64,000 nt of DNA from Guillardia theta CCMP2712. Its lineage: Eukaryota; Protista; Cryptophyta. The notes beneath the pieces are model-generated. The model was not told the origin of the DNA. It did no database searches and saw nothing but the letters and a program-made list of their open reading frames with translations. The stretch spans positions 104,335-168,334 of the forward strand of contig NW_005434659.1 of the NCBI RefSeq assembly GCF_000315625.1. The letters are read 5' to 3'. Both the position numbers and the translations under genes were made by a program. Every line of letters begins with the position of its first letter. Within the stretch, counting starts at the first letter, position 1. Below are positions 12,621 through 25,568 of this stretch, in pieces.

Positions 12621-14179
12621 CTACACGAGCATGAGCTCGTCCGCTAGGCCCCTGCGACAGAAATGAGATCGAGGCAGGTGCAAGAGCAAAGCATGATGCA
12701 TACATACCATGGCACAAACATCTTCTTCTGCTCGTCAAAGACGTAACAAAATGAAATGTTGTGCTTTGCACAGGCGTCTCGCAGGCTGCATACCCATACC
12801 TCGAACTTGTTGAGAATCATAAGATCTCCCAGTCCTCCGCTCTTGTGTGTCTGGTTTCCTCTTCTGATTCCCTCCATGATCTCATCCCATGTCTGCTGCA
12901 TCTGACAGTGGGGATAGACTGATGCGAGGAACTGAGGCCGCAATTCAACCTCATTGCTCGTGCCATAATCCAGCGTCACGTTCATTACATTCCAGCTCTC
13001 CACTTGTACCGGACCAGATACCGTATCAGAGGGTGTAAGAACACTTGTGATATTCAACGTGATCTCTTGCTTGCGGCCAATGGCGTTTTGAATTCTGTAC
13101 AAGAGGATGCTTGTGCTGTCCCGAAGAAATGACGTTCCCTTCACACTAACGGAGGTGTTAGCACCTTTCATGCCGTTGACTGTTGCTAAAACGTTTGAGA
13201 AGGGAGGAAGTTTGAAGGTAGATGGAAACTTCACGAAAATGCTTCCGCCCACTGGGATACCTGTGACAGTCTTGAACGTGACTTGAGCAGAGGTTAGCTG
13301 TGAGGAGAGAGGTGTTGACAAAGATAGATTCACATAGGACAATTTGTTCCTCGTCAGAATCACAGCAGTATTTCCGGTTCTGCTGAACCAATAATGCGTC
13401 ATTCGGTTCAACTGTGGATCGTTGATACGATTGTTATAAAATTTCATCTTGTAACTGGGAACTTTTGTAGTTCCACGCAATTCGTCTGTTGCATCAAAAA
13501 TCTGGATTCCAAATTGTACTTTGCGCTGTTGCAGCGCACCGGGAATCTCGCCAGGAGTATACAACGGGTTGACAACTCCAGATATCGTGAAGTGAATTCT
13601 TTGAATTGTGCCTCTCACATCTGATGATTGGACATCAGCATCTGTATCTGAATACGTCATCATCTCAAACATGTTCGTGCAAGAAGTGCTCGAGCACGGG
13701 TCAGATGAGCCAAACCAAGTTCCTACTAGGACGTTGTCGGTCACCGCCGGCTCTATGGTCAATGACCCTTTAGAAGATGGAGCAATTTTGATGAAGCCAG
13801 CTCGGTTTGTAATTCCTTCGAGTCCAGTCACCCCCTCTCCAAACCTTCCTCCTCCTGATATGTTGACAACGGAGTTCGATACATTGAAGCCATACGGGAA
13901 TATTACTCTGATGATTGTGTACTTCAGCTGAGTGTTGCTGTGATAGATAGCTGGATTGATCCCAGCGACAGAATATATCGGATACAGGTCGATAGACACG
14001 TACACGCTGACATCATTGCCGACGCCCAAGCTTGAAACGGAGATGTTGGCGTCAACAGGCAGGACACAATCTCCAGCAGGACATGAATCAACATGGGTTA
14101 GGTTGTAGCTCATTGTTTGAGCTGTCACTGTGTGAGGAACAACAATGGAAGCAAGGAGGAGGAGGAGATGGGATGTCAT
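12621..14179 (-). CDS. Secreted or surface protein with a signal peptide and beta-sandwich-like domains, function unknown
   Basis: Signal peptide MTSHLLLLLASIVVPHTVTA; long exon with VTFKTVTGIPVGGSIFVKFP-type segments and many N-X-S/T sites. The spliced end reads ...FVPW|GLADELMLV* (TAG at 12621-12623). Confidence 0.65.
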
Positions 14180-14482
14180 GATGTTGCAGCGTCAAGTTAT
14201 CTCCCTCTTGTCTTGGCCTCGCTCTTCGCTTGTCATGCACTCATAAAAAGAAGTAACGATTCTGCTCTTCTTGAAACTGCCGGGCGCCTGCTCGGCTGGG
14301 GCCGGGAGCGGCCCGGAAGCTGAACTCCGAAACGACCCTGGGACTGAACAACAACTAAGACGAGGGCTCGTAACCTGTCCAAGTACCCTCAGTCCGTCGA
14401 CCAAAAGACAGCAACCTCTTCCTATCCAGTCTACTAGCATGAACGTGTAGGGCAGCAGTCCAACTCTAGGTTGGGCTATGGC

Positions 14483-17355
14483 ATGAGGCACCGGCAGCTG
14501 CTGCGCCAGCTGCTGCTCTGCTCCAAAGCCTACAGGGTCCTCAGCCCTCCCATCCTCCTCCTCCTCCTCCTCCTTGTCGTCTCTCGCTGCTTCCTTGATC
14601 TAGGGGAACAGCACCCTCAGCATGAGCAGGGGAGTAGCGGGGAGTTCAGCACCCCGAAGATCGTCCTGACGTCTCCAGCTGAGGAGAGGGCATCAGAGCA
14701 GGTCAACGAGATTGGAGGACCGGGCGAGAAGAAGCATGAGGAGAATGAGCAAGAGCATAAGATTAACGTCAGTCAGAGAGGAGGACTGTTTGTTCCCACC
14801 TACGGCGAGATCACCGGTAACACCCCCTAGGGATCAATGATTGGATTCCATGTGTCTTCCTAGTACCTTGATTAGATTCTATATGTGTCTTCCTAGTACC
14901 TTGATTAGATTCTATATGTGTCTTCCTAGTCCCTTGATTAGATTCTATATGTGTCTTCCTGGTCCCTGGGCATGGTCTGACTTTTCTTGTCTCTTCGATT
15001 GCTGGAATGACAGATAGCTTCCTGGAGAGACAGGTCAGCTCTGCCTCTATGTATAGAATTCTCTGATCCGTTAGTCACAGAGAACCCTAGGGCCGAGAAT
15101 TCTAGCCGAGGATGTCTTCTTTAAAGCGGAAAATCATGGTTCGCAGGTGGGAGGATACGAGTGTTCTTGATGAGGTGTAAGAGATAGTCTTGAACGCGCT
15201 GCACTGTCCAGGTCCTTGTGCACACTCTCCTTGCAACAAACCTGGCGTTGAAGGAGATCGACGTGAGCTGGGTAACTCAGCTCACGTCTGACCGCCTGGA
15301 TGGCTTCAAAGCGATGATGGCGAGGCGAGCAAACTCTTGCTCATCGGCTTCATCGTGAGGGCGCATGCAGGTGGAAGGGCCCCATATCAGCCACGTTGTA
15401 CTGCAGAGAACTGCAGCGGGACCTCGACCTCATTCGGCCGCTTCGCGACAGGGTGAGATGAGTGGGGGAGGAGAAAATTAAGGTCATGACGATGAGATTT
15501 CAGGTTGACTTCCATCTCGTCCTGGCAGATCTACATCCTGGCAGGTCTGTCAGTGATTGCAAGACGACAGGTGACGACGTTGCTGACGCTGGCTCAGGCT
15601 CTACCCAGTGAACACCTTGAGGAATCTGGCCATGGATAAGGTGAAGCACTTCTTCAGCCTCTGCAGTTGACAGTCTTGGTGCCAGTGTCGAACTCAGTGG
15701 ATGGTGTTGGTTGACGCAGACTTCGTGCCAAACGATGACGTATACGACCTGCTGCTGCCGCGTCTCGAAGTTTGCCTTGTTTCTCTGGTATCGTTCTGTA
15801 AGCCCAGTCGCAGCCATGGGGAAAGACAGGAGGCAACGAAATTTACGTGCTTCCCGCCTTCCAAATGCAAGACAAAGGTTGCTGCCGAACTGAACGAGGT
15901 TGAACCTGAAAGAGGAGCAGAGAAAGGCATACCTCGAAACAAGATGGAACTCCTGTCACTCGGTCCGGCCGTCAGTCAGGTCAGTCGACGACTCTGCGAT
16001 AGAAACACTCACTTGGCCACGTGGCAGGTTCATCCAGAGAAAGGGAGGGACATCGCTCACAAGTACACAGACTATGAGAGATGGAGAGTGTCGGTGACAA
16101 CTTTCCTTGTCCCTCCCGCCGACCTCTGAGCAGCCATCGCAGAGTGAGATCTACGAGATTCAGTATAGAATGCCTTACGAGCCATACTATGTCGCCAACA
16201 AGCGGATCCCAAGGTTTGAGGCTCCCAAATGATGCGATGAAGAGTAAGCGGGGTGTGAAGATATGAAAGCGCATTCGTGGGCTATGGAAATGACAAGACG
16301 GGTCAGTGCTATGAGGTGTGGAGGTCCAGAATGAAGTACAAGGTAGTGCAGGTTGAGAACAGCGCACTGAAAGACTGACATCTGTAGATTTTGCCGGATT
16401 GTTTTGTCTTCCACATGGACCATCCTCGGGGGGACTGGCTCAAGTTTGACACAGAGTGAGGAGGGAGTATCTTTCAATCCTTTCAATGAGCTGGACCGCA
16501 GGTGGATCATTCGTGGGCCATCAACTCTGGAGACCTTCTTGAAGGAAGTTCATGGTACGGGCAGAGCTTGTCCACTGCGATGTGCTGACGTGGGTGATGG
16601 TATCAGTGCGATACACGGGAAACAAATCAACTCCACACGAGGCGGGGGTGAATCTGCATGTGATAGCAGGTAAGAATGTGCCTGCCCTCTCCAACTACCT
16701 TGAGACGCCCTGTAGGGGAGCAGGGGGAGAGCTGCGAGGACGCATGTCTGAAGAGAAACCTCAGCTGCCGGTGAGCTGGTCCCTTACGGGAGGAGCTGGT
16801 TGACAATAATCGTAGAGCGGAGCATGGACTAGAAGTGAACGACTGCGAGGTGAGAAGATGTTCTTGTTTCCTCCTGGTTCACTTCTCCTGTGCCCTTAGA
16901 GGGTCAAAGAAGCCCTAGGGGGACTTTGTGAGGGATCGTGCAGGTAGTTGGTTCCTCGTTCTCACTTAGATAGCTACTTAAGAGATTATACAGCCAGGCG
17001 TTGTTCGGCAACGACCTTCCAGCCTTCAACCACAAGTACAACATGGTGATGCTTCGTGCTAAGGGAGGAGGTCGTTGCCTGATGACGTCATCAATTTCAG
17101 TGTCTGGTGAACCAGAAGCCCGGGGAGTACCCGCTGTCCTGCCGGATCAGACAGGTAGACCTGCTCGCTACCTTCTCGTCCTCTGATAGCCGCAGCCGGA
17201 CTCGAATCGCGTTTGTCCCTGTGGGGAGAAGTAGGTGCGAGGATGCTGCTGCTGCATGTGATACCTGGCGCAGGCTAGAGCAATGGCTGACGGAGCATTG
17301 GGTGGAGGAGATAAAGAACAAGGTGAGCGACATGAAACGCACAAACACGCGCTGA
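14483..17355 (+). CDS. Glycosyltransferase family 49 (LARGE/B4GAT1-like), type II membrane protein, multi-exon
   Basis: N-terminal TM, then DVSWVTQLTSDRL, WKGPISA, YPVNTLRNLA, DADFVP (DxD), HKYTDYERW, YEPYYV and FVGYGNDK, which are diagnostic GT49 motifs. An extra C-terminal region follows and the 3' exons are less certain. Confidence 0.8.
14850..14967. repeat. 33-bp minisatellite (~3.5 copies) in the first intron of the GT49 gene
   Basis: ATGTGTCTTCCTAGT(A/C)CCTTGATTAGATTCTAT at 14850, 14883 and 14916, with a partial copy at 14949. Confidence 0.95.
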
Positions 17356-17611
17356 GAAGCACTGAACATGTCTCCCTGCCAGAGTCTGGAAGAGTTTCAG
17401 TTGACATGGTTCAAGTGAGGTCCAAGCAGCCTTCTTATTGTTTTAATACAGCCAATCAAAATCACATCATCGTACAGATAATATCACACTTTCACGCAAA
17501 ATCTCAACAGAAAATCCTCAAAAAGAAAAAAATCGTCACTAGAAGCAGCTCCCGGAAACTCTGAAACACTGATATGAGTATAACGACAACAACAGGATCG
17601 CGGGTAGAGGT

Positions 17612-19552
17612 TCACCTTCCTCCCGTGGTTAAGATGTCTGGAAGATCCCATAGGTTGCCCTTAGGCTCCTCCAGGAATGGACAAGACTCGGCCTGACGGG
17701 CTGTGCTCTGTCCTTTGCCACTGAGCCCGTTGATAGACGAGGCGATACCCTCAGTGAGGGAGAACGAGCCGCCGAGCATGGAGAGCTCAGCATTGCTGCC
17801 GGGGAATGGACGTTGGATGGGAGAAGCTAGAGCCTTGGACGGGAATCCAGACGCCATTATGCTCGAAGAACCGAGGTCAGCTACAGACATCTGCGGCATG
17901 GCAGAGCTGCAGATATGAAGATCAGGTCCACATACTAGGGCAAGGAGAAACATACATGGCCATGCTGGAGCCCCTTATAGGATGCGATCTGCTCCGTGAA
18001 GCTCCGAAGGGACTCTCGTAAGCAAACTGTCTTCTCAAGTCTGACGCTGAGTTGATCTTCCACTGACAAGTCTGCCCGCTGCTGTCAGCGCTGGGGGGCA
18101 GATAGCAGATCCCCGAGCCTCACCTTGTTATCAAAGTAGTAGAGGGGTGGAGTGAGCATTGCGTTTGGCGTCATGGCAATCTCTGCATCGAAAATCCCCC
18201 GATCTCGTTTCATGCCGATCCTGTACAAGTCACAACCCATCAGTCTCACCCCTGGCAATACGTTTCCTCACCTGTTCTCCAGGTGATCACTGAACAAGTG
18301 TGAGTGTCCACCCAGTGCTTCAGCACTGAACAGACTAGTCTGAAGGGGCTTCTCGGGTATGTACTTGGTCTTTGACGTCTCGATCCCTCGCTGGTCTATA
18401 CCGTTACGATAGTAGGCGATGCCGATGGGCCCGATGGCCTTCTCGAAGGGCATGCCGGACTGGAGGGCCTCGTTGTACGAGGACTGCAGGAGGTTGTTGG
18501 CGAGCTGATGGAATGGGGTCTTTTCGTGGTAGCTCCTGTTCGTTACCGTGTGCCAGTGAGCCGCGTTGGCACATCCAACAAGGTTCCCTATGGGCCTCCC
18601 CGTAGCCTCACAGTTGCAGCAGGTGCGGCACCAGAGCTGAGCGTATCGACCAGCCTTGGGGGACTCAATGATGCGATGCCTTCCCGTGCAGCCTATGACG
18701 AGCTCCGTGTCTCTCTTGTAGCGATACCTTGAGGGCTCCGCCTTCCACTCGCTAGTCCGGGGAACAAAGTTGTAGGTAAGGCTCTTCTCGTTACCCCTGT
18801 TCACGTCGGCTCGTATAATAGTTTCGTTGCAGCCTGTGAGCAGGGTTCAACGGCAGAGACTACCATCCTCTCTCTCTCTCTACATACCATGACAGGGGCA
18901 GGAGGACGGGATCAAAACGTCAATATCATGGCTGGGCTGAAAGAAAGTGAGAAGCAGCGCCATGGGAGATATTGTTCAGGAGTTTACCGCTGATTCGTCG
19001 ATGCTCTTGTCTGTTCCCAAAGTTGGAGTAGGGCATCCCTGATAGAAGCCAGGCAGGTAAGCTCCCTCACCACTTGATAGGGGAGTGAAGGCGGACCTGA
19101 TTCAGGGCAAGCAAGTGGGTAAACCCTCGTCGAAAGTGCATGCATCCTTGCTGCTTGCAAGACTTGCAATGAGGCATCATGGCGATGTCCGGCATCTGCC
19201 ATGCCTGACCAGAGGTCTGGTCTCTGCTCTGAGCTCTGTCCATCTCAACCATCAGCTCGGTCATGAAATTCAAACCCAACTCCGAGGACAAGAAGCAACT
19301 CCTTCAAGTCACTTGGATCACCAGCAATTCGAAACTTTCCTGTGAAGCAATGCTCGCATGTGCTTCTCCTCTGTACCAGTCCTTCGAATCTTTCTGATCA
19401 TCGCCTTCTTGTCTCCTCCCTTCCTCTTCTTTTCCCCTCTCCCCTCGTCGCTCCATCCATCGCCGACCTCCTCGCCATACCCAGGCAGTTGCTACCTCGC
19501 GACCCCCTCTCCGGTAGTAAATTCGAAAAGCCGCAAGATCGCGATGGTTCAT
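17612..19552 (-). CDS. Hypothetical multi-exon protein with Cys/His clusters
   Basis: Coding-like exons at 18268-18835 (WCRTCCNC...CANAAHWH), ~19120-19290 (HCKSCKQQGC) and 17612-17915, with splice signals. Boundaries are uncertain. Confidence 0.5.
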
Positions 19553-19632
19553 TCGACTCCTTCTGTTTAACCCCTACCCTCTTTCAGAGGTATTTATAGG
19601 GGGTGGCAGGGGGAACAGGCGTAGAAGAAGTC

Positions 19633-20451
19633 TCATTTCGATCTCATCGGAGAGGTCAAAGCGAGTGAAGGATCGAAGAACCAGATGCACGCAGCCCTGA
19701 GAGCGAAAGATGGTACATGATGCACCTGAAAGCACAAGAGCTGATAGACCGACTGACCGTCACCCATCCAATGTCCTTTGTCTTCCTGCCATGTGCTGAG
19801 AAGCAGCAGAAGCAGCGATGTTTTGCAGTGAGAAGAACACAACCACAGTATCTGAAATGATCCTATGTGAGCGGACGTTACGTCTGAGATCAAATGAACT
19901 GAAGGTTGGTCCCATGCTGAAGCGATGAGCAATGATTCTTGATAGAATCAGAAAGCTTGTTGCTTCAATCAGGTTCTCAAAGTTTCCGTCTCAAGCACAG
20001 CGAAGAGAGAGGAGAGGACGTGCAACCTTGTTGCCATCGGTTTCAATGGGTCAACAACAACAATCATATCGTCAAATGTACTCATTAAACTTTGTATTCC
20101 ACATTGTTTAACCAACAAATACCCACCTCCAAATCCTTCTTCATAAATAGTTCGGGGCACGTGTCCAATAATCTACACACTTAATGCCTTACGTTCGGAG
20201 TGACAGTGTGTGTTGCCTCAGTCATTCAATCCAACCTTGCCCGACAGACTATCCTTGCTGTTTGTATCCTGGCCACCATAGTCCTCATCCAGCATCTCAC
20301 TTTTGCACAAAAACGCAGGCCATCACCTTCAGTCCTCCCCGTGTTGCGGCCATCGCTCTCCTACTCCCCTCCTCGCAGTCTCCATTGCTGCAGGAGCTCA
20401 CTGATATTCTAGACCTTCCTCGGATATCGCTGACATGCCACAACCTCGCCA
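19633..20451 (-). CDS. Possible small hypothetical multi-exon gene
   Basis: Short coding-like ORF pieces with splice-like signals, downstream (on the - strand) of a GGGGT-rich promoter block. The model is not resolved. Confidence 0.25.
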
Positions 20452-20760
20452 TCCTCTGACGACAACGTCCGTCGCTCTCCGTCTTCCACCATCAAAACTT
20501 GTTTGTCCACTCAACGTCCCTTGGCCCTCCTCAACCTTGATAGTGCGAAGATGGGGTGGGGGTGATTACTCGTAGGGTCCATGGGGTATTTTGTTATGAG
20601 TTTTGCACGTTAACTAGTGGGTAGGTTGTCAAAGTACCCCCATTTTCAGGGGTGGTGTGTCCCCAGAACCCCTTATAGGGAGAAGAGACACGTGAGATCA
20701 CCCCCACTAACCCCTCTATTTTCCTTGTTTCCAGGGGGTAGGGGTACAGTCGTTCAAGGG

Positions 20761-23093
20761 ATGAGCATGCAGGCGGCAGTGAGCAAGGAGTTGGCGACGC
20801 TGACGCTGCCGGCCATGGTGGAGCAGCACGTTAGCGCCATGATAGCTGGAGCGCTAGAGGAAGGAGTGAGGACGAGGCAGCTGGTGTCTCTCCTGCTCCC
20901 CTTGCTCGCTGACTCTTCCATCGAGGAAGAGCAGCTCAGCACTGTGTGCCACAACATACATGCCAGCTGCTACCCCAATCAGGGAGACGATGACGATGCG
21001 GAGGAGCTGGACTACCTCGTTGACTGTAGGGGCGTTATTCTAGCTTATGCGGGAAAGACTCTCCTGAAACCTACGAACTTGCAGCTCCTCCGCAACCATA
21101 GGTACGGAGTTGTAGGCAACAATGGAGTCGGCAAGACCACTCTTCTCAACCGTATCGCGTCGAGAGAGGTGTCCAACTTCCCTCAGAACATCAAAGTTCT
21201 CTACATTCAGCACGAAGTTTACGTGGACTTGGACTGCACAGTCGTTGACTTCATGGAGCAGCAGCAAAGGACCGAGGGAACGGACAAGAAGCTCATCCAG
21301 GACGCGCTGGCCTCCATCGGCTTCACTGAGGAGAGAATGGCGTCACCAGTTGCCGAGCTGTCTGGAGGATGGCGTATGAAGCTTGCCATCGCCACTGCTG
21401 TGACACAGAAGTGCGACCTCCTCCTCCTTGATGAGCCGACCAACCACTTGGATGCCGCTTCGAGAGCCTGGCTCGCCGACTATCTTGTCACTCTGACAAA
21501 CACAACTGTCTGCATTGTTTCTCACGACTATGAGTTCCTCGGCAAGACATGCACAGACGTCATGCACATCGCCAACCTCCAGCTCACTTACTACGGGGGA
21601 GGGTTCGCCAACTTCGCCATGAATCGCCCTGACGTCATGGAGGCTCTTCCTTCCATGACGGAGAGCGGAGCTAGCGCCGTCATCACTCTCCCCGATCCTG
21701 GGAAGCTGGACGGAGTGAAGTCGAAGACGAAGCCTGTGGTGGAAGCGAAAGACTTGACCTTCTACTATCCCAACTCCGACAAGCCCACACTAGACAAGGT
21801 CAACGCAAAGTTGTGTGTCAAGAGCAGAGTTGGGCTCCTAGGAGTGAACGGGGCGGGCAAGACGACGCTGCTGCGCTTGCTGGTGGGAGATGCTGCTGTT
21901 GATCAGGGGACAGGGAAGCACGTGGGAGAGATCGCGAGGCACCAGAACCTGCGTGTGGCCTACATCGCTCAGTCGTCGATGCATCACTTGGAAGAGCATC
22001 TTCACATGAAGCCTTGGCAGTACGTGCAGGAGAGGTTTCGTACCGGTCTAGACAAAGAGGTGAGGTCTACTTGCGCCTGTTGCTCGCCGAGTTGTGAGGA
22101 TGGGACCTGACTTGTGCGCGCAGTTGGCGAAGCGTGAGACGATGAGGCTAACGCCGGAGGAGGAGGCGCTGAGGAACAAGATCGGAAACATCAAGGATAT
22201 CGTTGGTCGTGCGATTCGTGGAGGAGAACTGAGCTACGAGACTGTGAGAGCTGGGAGAGAGGACGACGGGACGTTCTGGGAGCCCTTGGGGTCGATCAAG
22301 AGGAAGGTGAGTTAGCGAGAATGCTGTATCATGTTCTTGTCTGATGTTTGACCGACAGGACCCGTATGTGATGAAGTTGTGCCTGAACTATGACGCGAAG
22401 CTTCAAGCCTACCAGAGTGGAGCTGAGGTGAGAGCAGAGCTGGGGACAGGCTGGTGTTGACGACCCCGGCAGATCCGGCCATGCACAGAGAGGGAGATCC
22501 TGAAGCATCTTGCCGACTTTGGCCTTTCTCACCGTCTGGCGCAGTCAGGAAGGATCAAGGGTATGTCTGGAGGACAGCGATGCAGGCTGGTGCTTGCTTC
22601 TGCTGTGTGGAACAAGCCGCACTTGATCGCTCTTGACGAGCCGACGAACTACCTAGACAACGAGACTCTCAATGCTCTTGCTGCTGCCCTGCAGAAGTTC
22701 GATGGTGCCATCCTTGTCATTTCCCATCACCAGAACTTCGTCTCGAGAGTCTGCAATGAGCTGTGGAAGGTCGAAGGAGGCCAAGTGGTTGTTACACAGG
22801 TGAGGTCCTTCTCCTCGACCACCACATCCTCCTCCTCCTCCTCCTCCTCCTCCTCCTCCTCCTCCTCCTCCTCTCCTCCTCCTCCTCCTCCTCATCATCA
22901 TCATCATCATAATTATCGCATCACTCCCCGTTCTCGTACTGTTGTCTTCTCACACCTGCGGTAGACTGCCAAGGAGGGCCGCTCTCTGCAGCGAGGAGGA
23001 TCGGACAACAGCTTGTCTAGCATGGACCGCATCGACTCTCAGAACAGCCTGGAAACCTCCTCGTCCGTCAACTCGATGGAGGATGGAAAGTAA
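20761..23093 (+). CDS. Elongation factor 3-like ABC-F ATPase with a chromodomain insertion and no HEAT domain
   Basis: ABC1: GNNGVGKTT, LSGGWRMKLA, LLLDEPTNHLD. ABC2: GVNGAGKTT, HQNLRVAYIAQ...HHLEEHL, QYVQERFRTGLDKE, chromodomain-like insert (IVGR...LSYE...WEP), MSGGQ, DEPTNYLD. Four introns; stop TAA at 23091-23093. Confidence 0.88.
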
Positions 23094-23304
23094 TTGTAAT
23101 GCTGCCCTCCTCCCTCCTTCAGCATCCCTGTGGGAGGTTCCGACGCAGAAGCTTTGCCTGTATTGCTGGATTTTTTTGTGCAAAAGAATAAATAGTTCAA
23201 ACACGGAGAGAAAAAGAGAGAGAGAGACTTGGAAATTAATGAAGGAGGAATAGAGAAAGCGTGAAAGAACAAAACAACAAGACTTCCAGTCGGGCCCCGC
23301 GACG

Positions 23305-24513
23305 TTACAAGGGGATGGAGTACTCATAAACGACATGGTCTGAGAGGTTATCAGAGATTCTCTTCTCCGACACTCCCAACATTGACACGTGCATTTGCTC
23401 GTCATCCATGGCGATGGACAGGAAGCCATGGCCGACGTGTATCTTGACCAGGGTCGCCTTGCTCGCCTGTGTCGCTCTCAGAGACTGATCGACGCTGTCC
23501 TTGAGCGTTGGATGCAGGTCGTATCCTCCAGCACCGTTGACGAAGAAGTGAGGGAGGGAGCTGTCTCTCACTCGCACATGCTGCATGTTGTGGTCATGCC
23601 CTGACAGGTACGCGTGAACTCTGTGCGACTTGAGCACGGGCAACAGCTCTTCGATGAGGATGTCCGTAGGCCCGTTCCCGCTGAAGCTGAAGACCGGCCA
23701 GTGCCCAGCAACGATGCACCAGCTCCTTCCTCCGTCTCTCCTCCCGCACTGATCCTTGAGTGTCTTCCCCAGCCAAGAGATCATCTCCTGCCGCCTCGCG
23801 CTCCCCATATGCCTCACAGCTGGCATGCCGTCCTTCTCCGACGCCAGGCAGCGGAAGTTTGGCTCCCCCTCCTTTCCGCAGACCCACGTGCACATATCGA
23901 GCATAATGAGGAGGAGAGAGGTGTTTTGTGTGGAGCCAGGGAGGGGAAAGTGAGCAGCCTGGAACGGGCTCATCCTCCACCTGCTCTCCTCTTCCGCGTA
24001 CTTGTACTCGGCCTGCACATCACCCACGCAGTCATGGTTGCCGGGAGTGAGGTACCACGGGACATGAGAGAGCTCTCCTCCTGTGTAGACTTCCTTCCAT
24101 CCTCTCCTGAGCCGTGCGGTCTCGTTGCTTCCCTTCAGCCCCCTTGGGTAGGCATGGTCCCCAACAGACACGATGAACTTAGGATGCGCTCTCTTCGACC
24201 AGCTTCCCATGAGTGCGGCGACAACCTCCTGCGCTTCCTGCCGTCCTTCCTTCTCTTCCTCCCATGGCATCCTCTGCACGCCCCAGTCCCCGATCACTCC
24301 GATGTTGAGGAGACCGGTATGGAAAGGTGGACCGAGGTGACGGGGACGGGCCAGGAGCCAAGACAGCCATGTCGGGCTGAAGATCAGCCACAAGCTGCAG
24401 GCAAGAAGGAGCCAGGCTCGGAGGGGAGGGAGGAGAGGGAAGAGAGGAGTGAGAGAGGACGGCATGGGGAAGATGAAGGGCAGCGGAAGCGACAAGCCAC
24501 GCGGCGACCGCAT
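23305..24513 (-). CDS. Purple acid phosphatase / TRAP-like metallophosphoesterase with an N-terminal membrane anchor
   Basis: All five metal-binding motifs are present (GDWG, GDHAY, GNHD, GHWP, GHDH). Hydrophobic N-terminus; no intron needed. Confidence 0.88.
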   Translation of the reverse strand: MRSPRGLSLPLPFIFPMPSSLTPLFPLLPPLRAWLLLACSLWLIFSPTWLSWLLARPRHLGPPFHTGLLNIGVIGDWGVQRMPWEEEKEGRQEAQEVVAALMGSWSKRAHPKFIVSVGDHAYPRGLKGSNETARLRRGWKEVYTGGELSHVPWYLTPGNHDCVGDVQAEYKYAEEESRWRMSPFQAAHFPLPGSTQNTSLLLIMLDMCTWVCGKEGEPNFRCLASEKDGMPAVRHMGSARRQEMISWLGKTLKDQCGRRDGGRSWCIVAGHWPVFSFSGNGPTDILIEELLPVLKSHRVHAYLSGHDHNMQHVRVRDSSLPHFFVNGAGGYDLHPTLKDSVDQSLRATQASKATLVKIHVGHGFLSIAMDDEQMHVSMLGVSEKRISDNLSDHVVYEYSIPL

Positions 24514-24762
24514 GGCTGTCGGGGAGGCTGCGGGGGGTACTGGGTGGATGTTGAGTGAAAAGGGTAGGTAGGGTATGTCGTGGATTGGTGTATGTTGAGA
24601 ATTTTTGGGGGTGTTTTTAAAAATCAGAAAGGTGGTAGGGGTACTCAAAGTACGGGTACTATAACATGTGAGGTGCACAGCCGGGGTCGGTTATTCGAGT
24701 CTATGGGGCTATTGGATCAACGGCAGGGCTCAACAATGTAGCAAGGGCGAGGAAAATATCAA

Positions 24763-24850
<88 letters not shown>

Positions 24851-25265
24851 ATCCTGTGCTTCTGTGCTCCTGTGCTCCTGTGCTCCTGTGCTCCTGTGCT
24901 CCTGTGCTCCTGTGCTCCTGTGCTCTTGTGCTCCTGCTGCTCCTGTGCTCCTGTGCTCCTCCTCCTCCTCCTCCTCGGCTCCTCCTGATCCTGTGCTCCT
25001 CGGCTCCTCCTGTTTCTGTGCTCATACTCATGCTCATACTCATGCTCATGATCTTGCTCATGATCTTGCTGCTCATGCTCATGCTGACTCATCCTCTCCC
25101 CCATCGTTCTCATGTCCTGATGTTCTTGCTGCAGCTGCTTCTTCCTGCCCCTTCTTCTGCTTCTCCTGCCTTCCAACTCCTGCCCGAATCCCTGCCTCTG
25201 CTGCTACTCCTGTGACTAACGCAGCTGCTGCTGTATATGCTCCTGCTCTCATGATCCTACAACTC

Positions 25266-25330
<65 letters not shown>
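24763..25330. repeat. Compound microsatellite block: (CTCCTG)n, (CTCCTGTG)n, (CCT)n, (CTCATG)n, (GCT)n
   Basis: Directly visible tandem arrays in the divergent intergenic region. Confidence 0.95.
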
Positions 25331-25334
<4 letters not shown>

Positions 25335-25568
25335 CTGTACCTGTATATGAACCTGAACTCCCTCCTCCTGTTCCTCTTGCTCCACCTGCTCCTATCGTGC
25401 GTGTGGTTCCCCAGGCTCGAGATCAGACTGCTCAGGCTCAGGCTCAGACCCGGGATCTTTTATCTCTCTCGCGTGCTCCTCGGTTCAACTTTGCCTGCTC
25501 CTTACGCTATTGCCCGTGATGCATGCTGCCGCTGCCGCCGCTACTCCCTTTGCTGCTATCTGTGTGGG

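Noticed and set aside
14850-14967. 33-bp repeat resembling CRISPR repeat length
   Set aside because: The units are contiguous with no spacers, lie in an intron in a eukaryotic context, and have no cas genes. It is a minisatellite.
23614-24558. 314-aa plus-strand ORF
   Set aside because: It is the antisense shadow of the purple acid phosphatase gene.
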